Shown here piece by piece: positions 54,401-64,000 of a stretch of DNA of 64,000 bases; position 1 is the stretch's first letter; each line of letters starts with the position of its first letter. The notes under the pieces were generated by a model. That model was not told the DNA's origin. It did no database searches and worked only from the letters and a program-made list of their open reading frames with translations. The DNA lies in contig OZ024743.1 in NCBI GenBank assembly GCA_964016885.1, forward strand, positions 147,684,001 to 147,748,000. The letters run 5' to 3'. Origin of the DNA: Eledone cirrhosa (lineage: Eukaryota). The position numbers and the translations under genes are program-made.

Positions 54401-55689
54401 ATTGAATAATGCAGCCGTAGAAACACTTTGAAATATGTTTTTAATGGTTTGTATATTTTGAAGAATAGATGTTTCGCACATGAAGTGGGCACACCTATAA
54501 ACGATAGGCGCTTATCGTACTACTTTAACATGAAGTGTTAATAAAGTTAATTTGTTAATGCTAACCAAAGAATTATTTAAGGTTTGTGTAGTTGAACAGA
54601 TCTTTGATTGTGACTCAAACAGGTGTCTTTCAATTGTCTTGGGACATTATGTTTAAATTTAAGCTATACATCACACTACTCTAAAGAGCTGAAATCCTGT
54701 GCATATGGTGAGTTAAGATGGTGTTAACATATTTCATGTAATGGGCATCAAACAAGCAGTGAGAAAAAAACAATATTAGATTAAAGATAAATATTATTTC
54801 GACACTTCCTGCAATTAGGGAAGACATCCCAAAATATGACTCTGTCTTATTAATAAGACGAATAAAATTCACCTTAATTGTAGCAGTAGTGATGATATAA
54901 TCATCAAGTCGATGTAAAATATTGTACATGAGTAGCCGGGAAAATTTGCCGTACTTATATACTTCCATGTTTGATTCCTCGGAGATATTTTGTTCTTTCT
55001 TGAGCTCTTCAGCTAAATATTGTCTTCGTAGTACTTGTCTAAACCGAGATGAAATGAACATTTAGTAGATATACAACACGGTACACAAGTAGTTGTGATA
55101 TAGCACTGGGTTTAGTCGCTCAGAGACACCGTCTGCATAAAATGATAGTTGTTATGTAATCTAACATAATGAACATAACAATTATAATTATAACTGTCTA
55201 TGGCATGGGGAACAATTATCATATAATGATTGTTTCGTTAGATTCTAGAGAGGATTTCAATTCGTGTTTAGGCATAGATTGTTGTGGCATTGTTTAAATC
55301 TGCTCAGCTGGGCGATTATGCTCTAGATATTCTACACATAAAGGAATTCTTCAAGCAGTGCTATTTAGACCCAACATTTGATGGTACTGACACACTTACA
55401 CACTCAGCCATTTATTGCCAGCAATAACATAGCGGTTGTTCATAAGTTGAAACTAAACACCCCAGAGACTGAACTTTTACCAAGCTGCAACTTCAGCTTA
55501 ATATTATGTCAGGCCATATTTTATTAACTTATCTCTTCAAAGACAAGTCGAGTGGAACTAAGTGTTTTTGTTACATTCCATGTGGCACCTTACTACTTTG
55601 ACGCTGGGAGTCCATGCTGTAGAGCTATCAGCAAGCAATATTTCACCATATGTCAATCTCATTAGAGTTGTGTCACAATTAAAGGAATT

Positions 55690-56060
<371 letters not shown>

Positions 56061-57130
56061 GTGTGTATGTGTGTGTGCCTGTGTCTGTCTGTCTGTCTGT
56101 CAGTATGCTTGCGTATGTACGTATATGTTTCTATATACGAACTTATACATATATATTTATATTTATATATGTGAGAAAGAGAAAGAGAGAGAGCGTGTGT
56201 GTGTGTGAGTGGGTCTGTTAGTGTTTATATGCATACACGTCTATTTAAACATCGGGAAGCAGTCTAACACTTAAGAGTAATAGCTTTTACACTTCTCTTT
56301 TTAAACTCTTCAACATTGTGAGGTAGTCATTGACTTCAAACTGCTAATACTTGCTATTGTCGAATTTCTAAATCCACAAACAGGAGAGTTTTATCCTACA
56401 ACTAAGTTTATCCTAAAAACTATGCTAATCCTTAAAGGTTGAATAATAAATCTCAGGCAAAACGATGGCATTATAAAATTGTGGGTTCGATTCTACTGCT
56501 ACTTCTAATATTGCTGCGGCTTTACCAATTCCCTGTGAGAGAAGGCTGGGAAAAATTATTTAGCCACAGGTCAAGAATGATTGAACAAACATTTGATCAA
56601 AGCCATTTCAGCTAGGTCCACATGTTTTAAAATTTCTAATAGTATATCATTGCTTGCATTATCCAATGATCAACAGAGAGACAGTTCACATTTGCGTATC
56701 GCTGACTTTGATATTATTTAGTTGCTTTAACGGCTCGATCAGAGACAACATTGTTACATCTTTAATTATTTCAAATATTACTATTAAATCTACTAAAACT
56801 ATTGACGGGGTAGCTCTGACGAATTTTTGTGGTTGAGAGACTTGCTGGATATAGCAACCATATATCCCTCGAACGACACCCACCATCTTAAAGTGCATAT
56901 TGGATAATGTGAGTAAGTATTAGGTACAGCGTGGAAGAGATGAAGATAATACAGAGTGGTCATTGATGGAATCATTTGATCATAGTTTTGCTGGAATTAT
57001 TTCGACATGAGTGGAAACAAACACAACAAGAGTTACGATATGGTATTTCAATTGAAAGCGGTTTCCCCTTTCTGTAAGTTGTACGTTACCTTAATGTGTA
57101 CGGAGGGATATGTATGCCTCTGAAAGCACG

Positions 57131-57171
<41 letters not shown>

Positions 57172-57510
57172 ATATATGCTTGTATATTTGTCTGTGTTTG
57201 TGTCTGTGTGTTTAGAAGATAAAACTGGGCGAGGGAAGTTTCATACCAAAACAAAAAGACGTTGAATATAATTCATGAAAATGACATAGCAGGTTAATGT
57301 TGAAACTTCTTAGACAATATAAAAACAGGGATCAATAGATGATAACGATTACAGATTTTGCGTTTGTGGTTTATCTCGGATCGACCCTGCTCGAGAAGAT
57401 CTATGAATGCACGTGTGTTTTTTTTTTCTCCCCAATATATTTTCCTCATTTTCCCCGTTCCTTCTTCTAATCACTATTTACTTTCCATTTATCTTCTATT
57501 TCTAATTCTA

Positions 57511-57546
57511 CCTTCTGATGAAGGACTAGCGTTTGAAACGATAAAA
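57511..57546 (+). ncRNA. Degenerate hammerhead-like motif
   Basis: cctt-CTGATGA-a-ggac tagc gttt-GAAA-cga-TA-aaac; weak stems. Confidence 0.45.
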
Positions 57547-57662
57547 CTCTCTTTCTGGGTCGTTTTATTTGTTATTTTTATTGTAATTCTGTTTACCTTT
57601 TACACACACACACACACACACACATATACCTACACACACACGCACGCGCACACACACACACA

Positions 57663-57820
<158 letters not shown>

Positions 57821-60218
57821 AGCAAATTTAATTACTTCTAGACACGTCTAAGAATTATTAGAGTTTATTACTCTTTGTTACTGTACATCAAACCCTAAAT
57901 TTAACCCTTGGATATACGGTATACTTGTGTGTTTCAATAATGTCAAGTTAAAAGATCAGATATGGTAATATTATTTGTTATATATAATCAGAGCGTAAGT
58001 TTTGTACAAGAGAGTACATTTGACGAAGAGTGTAGAATTGTTCGAGCTGATATGATTCGTTGTTTAACACAGATTTTCAATTGAATAGGTTGTCAGTAGT
58101 TCAGTTCATATAGATTAAAAATAAAAAAAAGCAAAAACATTGCAATCAGAGGGAATGTTGGGTACCTACCAACAGCTTCGATAGTTTACTGTAGATTTAT
58201 GTTCAGAAACAAATTGGTTTTGATACGTTCATTCGCTAATAAAGGACATAAATGATATCTCTCTTATTGTTACTAATATATGGTAAATTACACAGCATCT
58301 TCTATATAACCGTAAACGACAGCAAAAACAACACCGACTAAAACTAAGATGTCATCTTTCTCTCACTCAAACATACGCTTTTCTTCTTCCTTACTATCCT
58401 TCAGACTGTTGTAAACTTTTGTAGTTTGTGTCAAATATATAAACTCAACCTGCCATTACGTATATTATTCTGCATGCCTTTTAACATATTGATCTCATAG
58501 AAAATCATCATCATTTAGCCGTTATTATAATAAAGATGTGTCTTAAACGCGAGTCTTAACCAGTTCCGAAAACAACAGAACGCAAATAACTAAAAATACA
58601 AAAAAATTCATAATAATATTAAAATAACAACAAACAAGAAATAACAAAAAAAAAAAAACAAGAACAAAACAAAAGCAAATAGCAAAGTTATGGTAATCAC
58701 ATAAGAAGCTGATTATATTTCTTCAGAGAATTGAAGAAATTTCAACTAATCAGTTGGATTAGCAATGTCTGATATCGGAGTGTGGTGGTGCTAGCTGGTA
58801 GGGGTTAGAGTGATCTTCCTAGGAGTTTAGTCTGAAATTTTAGCAGAATTTGTTCTCTTTGATTGAATAGAATCTTTGATGAAAACATAGTTAACTTAGT
58901 TACACAATTCTGCATTGATTATTTTTGCTTTTCTTCAAAAGAAATTTGATTAGCAATGCTCTCTGCCAGAAAATATCAATCAGTGTTTAGTTATCTGTAT
59001 TGATCACTTGTGTGTGTATTCTTGTTGTTTTGTTTTGTAATTTATTTGCTTCCTCGTTCGTGTTAATACTGTTTTGTGGTTATTTTATCCGCTCTGCTTG
59101 TATTAGGTGTTAAGATTTCTAAGTAGTTATGCTATTACGCTATTGAGAACACGTCTTCTTTTTCCTTCTCCTCGTTCTTATCTCCCTTCCTCTGATATAC
59201 ATGTTTATGTATGTGTACGCATATGTCAATGTGGATGTAAGGAGTTGTGTGAATAAATTCAAAATATTGTTTTGGGTATATGAAGAAAAGTATTCAAGGA
59301 TTTATAAAAGATACTGACCTATAAATTACGGGATTTCATCCTCAAACTGTATAATCATTCACTATTTACATATTTATTCACTTATTGTTATATTTCTGTT
59401 TGGAACGATTTCACGGTTATTGGGAAAACCATAAATGTCTCAATGTCTCATAAATCTGACGGTTAACTTTGTATTATCTAGCTTTAAGTCAATGAAATAT
59501 GAGAACGAAATATCACAGGTAACACTCCTAGAAGATCTACCACACATAATATGTAGCTAAATGAACTAGGGCAACTGTCTAGTGATGCCTGCAGACCATA
59601 TCATCTATACCTATAATAAAATAGTAGTTTTCCTCATATATTATCTATTCGGAAAATTTTACAGTATTTTCATGGTACGATTCAGCGAAATAAATCATTT
59701 CTTCTAAACGTTAATGTTCTGTTTAGAATTGCTCTTATATTAATAATAATTTTTCTTCGTTTTTTTATTATACACTTTAGTAAAACGTGGAAGGACAACG
59801 CCTTTTGCTTTTACGGGACCAGTATTAGTGGTGAGAAAATGTGAAAAACAACGAGACTGGGGATTGCCTCATTTTGAGTGAAGAGACTCTGGAAGATTTC
59901 AGGTTATCTTTAAACAGACCAGAGATCGGAGTCCGGGTTAGAATGCCACTTAAACGTGGGGTCTCCAATAAAATGAACTAAGATTCACATAACATCAAAG
60001 AGTTGTAGACTATGTAGCGCTCGCTCACACGTATTTTGCATTTACATTTCAATCGGTAGTATTTGATAAACCGACATTGTGGTAGGAATCTAATATCCAA
60101 GATGCCTTTTAGTTGATCCGAACTCTCAATCACACCTGTGGGATGAAATAAGATTTAAGAGCATTGAAAGCTGGAGAAACAACACAAATTTACGTGTATA
60201 CGTTTATACATATTTTCA

Positions 60219-60314
<96 letters not shown>

Positions 60315-60439
60315 AATACACGCGTAGATGACATTAAACGACACAAATCCACTAAGAATGTTTGTTTTTTTGTATTTTCGGTAAAATGAAAAAAGTGTTT
60401 GAAATGGATCAGGCAAAACATAGCAATCTTATACGTAAT

Positions 60440-62190
60440 AGCATAACATAGAAATACCAGAAGACGAAATATAAGACCTATAACAAGATTAATAACGAGG
60501 CCAAATATATTGCCACACATTATAAAGTGGAAAATAGAGTAGAACGCTTAGCACAACGTGATGCCTTCATTACCCTGATGGGTCACACAACTGATTTCAA
60601 AACAGGCCTAGTTGTAGATTAATAAATCCTGCAAGTTAAGAGTTAGGACTAGCTAGAAAAAAGGTTTAAGAGACATCAGTACCTATCTTTAACTGTGGAA
60701 TAATACATCTGTCATATCCTGGTTTACAGAAATCACCTCTAAGAACAGGGCCACATTGTTACAATTTAATGTTAGATATTTTTTATCACTCTATTTCTAG
60801 AACCCTTCTTAATCACGCTTGTAAACACCAGTGACATGGAATATGACCTTATATTTCACGTCCATAAAACTCTCCTATTATCTAAAGGTACTATTTGGAT
60901 AAAAACAAACTAACCCTGATGGTTCTTTTGATGTCTCCATGGGACCCTATGACAGTGCTAATATTTGCATCCTTCATGCGCTAAAGTCTAAATTTCCCAA
61001 CAACTCCTATGGTCTATACTGTGTCAATGTTTTCACAAGATTTTAACGGATACATTCAGGACAGATTCCGTGAAATTTAATTAACAACTTCGTGCACTAG
61101 GATCTAAAATTGTTGTTAATAATGTAGCACAGACGATCTCCATGCTTTCAGGAAATATGGGCATCTTCATGAGCAAGTCTAGTTACTACAATGACGCACT
61201 AGATAGTGCTTCATATAAGAATAACATAGAATACATAGGAAGTGATAGGGTCAATAAAACATCCATACAAAAACGTAAACAAACTTATAGTACAAAGACT
61301 AGTAGTGACAAATTAACAGAAAATAAGCCCAGAGGTATCCAACGTACACAAAATAGAGAGAAAACCAACATAGCAAGCTCCAAATATAGTATCCAGCTAC
61401 CACAAGCTTAACCTGGCGGGGAATATAGATAACACAACAAATAGATATAATAACCCCACTACACCTAGCTACATCACAAAATCTAACACGCCTTCGACAA
61501 ACCTTAGCATATTCCATAGGGACCCCGCCCTCATAAATATGTAGAACCTAATGAAACTAGGCCACAACGGAACAAGGCCCGATCACGTTTCCTCCTATGG
61601 TATAACCCACCCCACTCTTCGGGGCTAGAAACTAGCCTCACTAGATGTACTAGATAAATGTTTCCTCAAATCACACAGATACGGCAAGATATTTAATAGA
61701 CAAACAGTCAAGCTATCCTACTCTACCACCAAAAACATATCCCAAAACATAGCGAGGTTTATTAATAAAAAAAGTTGAAAAACAAACACAGGCACTACAG
61801 CATATATACAAGAACATTACGGAAACATATTAAGGACACATAATAAGAGACAGAATTTACACATCTCCAGAAACCCTCAACAGATAGTCGACTATACAGA
61901 TAGATATAACTATAGCGTAACACACGATAACTTTTAATTTGAACTGTAGGATTCTCGCAAACTGTCCAATGCAGAATAAATGACTCAATAGAAATATAGT
62001 ATACGAAAGTAGAGTTACCACTAGGACCCCAACGTATAACTACAACGTTGTAACAGCAACCAGATTTAAGGATAGACTGTACAACCATTACCACTCCATT
62101 AACCGTATCGAAAAGAGATGCAGTACGACACTATCCGAGCCTATAAGGAAACTGAAGCAGAACCGTGCACACTACTCTCAGTCTTGGTAC
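60440..62190 (+). mobile_element. Decayed Penelope-like element (Naiad-type)
   Basis: AFITL.GH..DF, CRLINPA, FDVSMGPYDSA, KIFNRQTVKLSYS and GIY-YIG remnants; many frameshifts. Confidence 0.75.
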
Positions 62191-62365
62191 ACTCACACGT
62201 GCATATTCGCTTGCGCACACGCACACATTCTATAAACTAAACGATCGTTTTCTTTTCAGCTAGGTGCTTTCGATCACCGCCTTTGTTTTAAAAGCGTTTG
62301 AGATTAGATTAGTTAGAATTTGATAGAAAATTAAACCAAATGACGATAAGTATCTTCTTCTTCTT

Positions 62366-62426
<61 letters not shown>

Positions 62427-62427
<1 letters not shown>

Positions 62428-64000
62428 TGCACAAACTGGAGACGTTGAGGGGAGACCCGCGCGAACTAGGATGCGGAAGATCCGTGTCAGCATATGCGGA
62501 CGATGTCACCGTAGTGGTGTCGAACGCCAAACACATCGAGGCGATCGGCACTACACTAAGAGAATACGAAGCGGTGACAGGAGCAATGATCAACCAGGAA
62601 AAGTCAGTGGGCCTGCAGCTCGGCACCTGGAGAGGCAGGTCCATGCCGTCCAACAGCGTCGTCGGGCGCTGGACGGACGGACCGGTTAAATTGCTAGGGG
62701 TCTGGTTCGGTCCGGACCTCCAGACGGACAAAAACTGGGACGAGGTGACGAGCAGGGTGGCTTCTCTCACCTAGAAATGGGCGGAGAGGAAGCTATCCCT
62801 AAAAGGTCGAGCGGAGGTGGCTAACGCGTACATCGCGTCTGTCATCTGCTACCGCCTAACCGTCGTACCTTGTCCTAAGCCTCGCCTGACTGCGCTGGAG
62901 CGTTTGCTCTTTCGCTTTTTGTGGAAGGGACGTGCTCCGATGGTCAGGCGGTCCATCTGCTGTCAACACCCGCTACGTGGAGGGCTGGGCATGCCGTGGC
63001 TGATGATGCGCAGACACGCGCTCAGGCTACGACATCTCCACCTCTTCCTCGACGGTGATCAGGTGTGGTCGCCGTTTGCTAGGCGCGTATTTCCCCAGCT
63101 CGTTTCCTTGACGGAGCTGCAGTCCTGGGTCAAGCGAAGACCGAGAGGGAGCGCCTGGAGACTGGAATGTCTTCAGGCGCTCACAGCCCTCGACCAATCG
63201 GGCAATGTGATCGGTGGAAACTCCACCTCGGCGTTCTATAGAGGATTAGTGGAGGGGAAGAGCGACGACGTACTTGGGGAAACTCTAGGCGTCGACGAAA
63301 ATCAACTAGCCAATCTCTTCGGAAGAACTTTCGGGCCGGGGCCTATGGATAACTTCCAGAAATCTCTGGCCTGGCAGTGCTACCGAGGAGCCTTGCCAGT
63401 TCGGGATAAACTCTACAGGCATGGAGGTGCCGTCAGCCGGGCATGTCCGAGATACGCGCAGGGCGACGAAACCGTCCTGCACGCACTCGTCCAGTGTCCG
63501 AAAATTGCAGACTTGTGGGTTTATGTCGAACACCTGCTGTCGCGTTTAGGACGGATCCGGCTATCATCTGAGTCCATCGTGAGGATTGCCCCGCCCTCCT
63601 CCTTTAGCCGGGAAGGGCAGGCAGTTTTTATCTTCCTGGTGGCTATGGTGAAAGAGATAGTATGGTGGACACGTTTGAAAGGGCTGAAGACGAGCACTTA
63701 CCTCTTCGGTGATGCTCTGATTGACTTTTTCAAATTTCATTTGAAAAGGAAAATCAGAGTAGAGAGGGAAGTGCTCTCTTCCCAGCATTTTGTTGAAAGA
63801 TGGGTGAGAGAAGCAAGAATGGCCCGAGTGAATGGGCCTACTCTGAGTATATATCTGTAAATTAAAGGTGGAAAACTGGGAGAGGGCACTTGCCTTGGTG
63901 GTCAGGGTCATTGTGGCTTTTTACTGGGCTTTCTCCACAAATGTCCCTCCGAAGTCTCCCCCCTATTGGGGAATTTTTCATTGTTATTTTCATTGTTATT
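62427..64000 (+). mobile_element. Tx1/L1-clade LINE, 5'-truncated (second subfamily)
   Basis: SAYADDVT, VKLLGVWFG, GGLGMP, CPR..ETVLHALVQC; homologous to 16680-18270; the 3' UTR runs off the window. Confidence 0.9.

Overview
AT-rich eukaryotic intergenic/intronic DNA, saturated with (TA)n/(CA)n/(TACA)n microsatellites and retroelement debris. The SINE and repeat make-up resembles an octopod/mollusc genome (inference). No intact host gene is recognisable, and most listed ORFs are microsatellite translations. Recognisable elements: two Penelope-like elements (PLE; RT with YRDD plus GIY-YIG, Naiad-type), two Tx1/L1-clade LINEs, several R4/Dong-type RLE LINEs, RTE LINEs, a CR1-type LINE, about 13 tRNA-derived SINE copies, and mariner and hAT MITEs. 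The main hidden layer, found by reading both strands, is a dense set of type I hammerhead ribozyme (HHR) motifs: about 14 complete or near-complete cores from about 9 sequence families, plus several half-cores. They sit in a PLE pLTR, in non-coding tandem units of about 430 bp and about 535-547 bp (retrozyme-like, predicted circRNA), and in fold-back palindromes inserted in (TA)n tracts. Two families use the compensatory U3-A8 core. All structures were folded by eye and none is tested.
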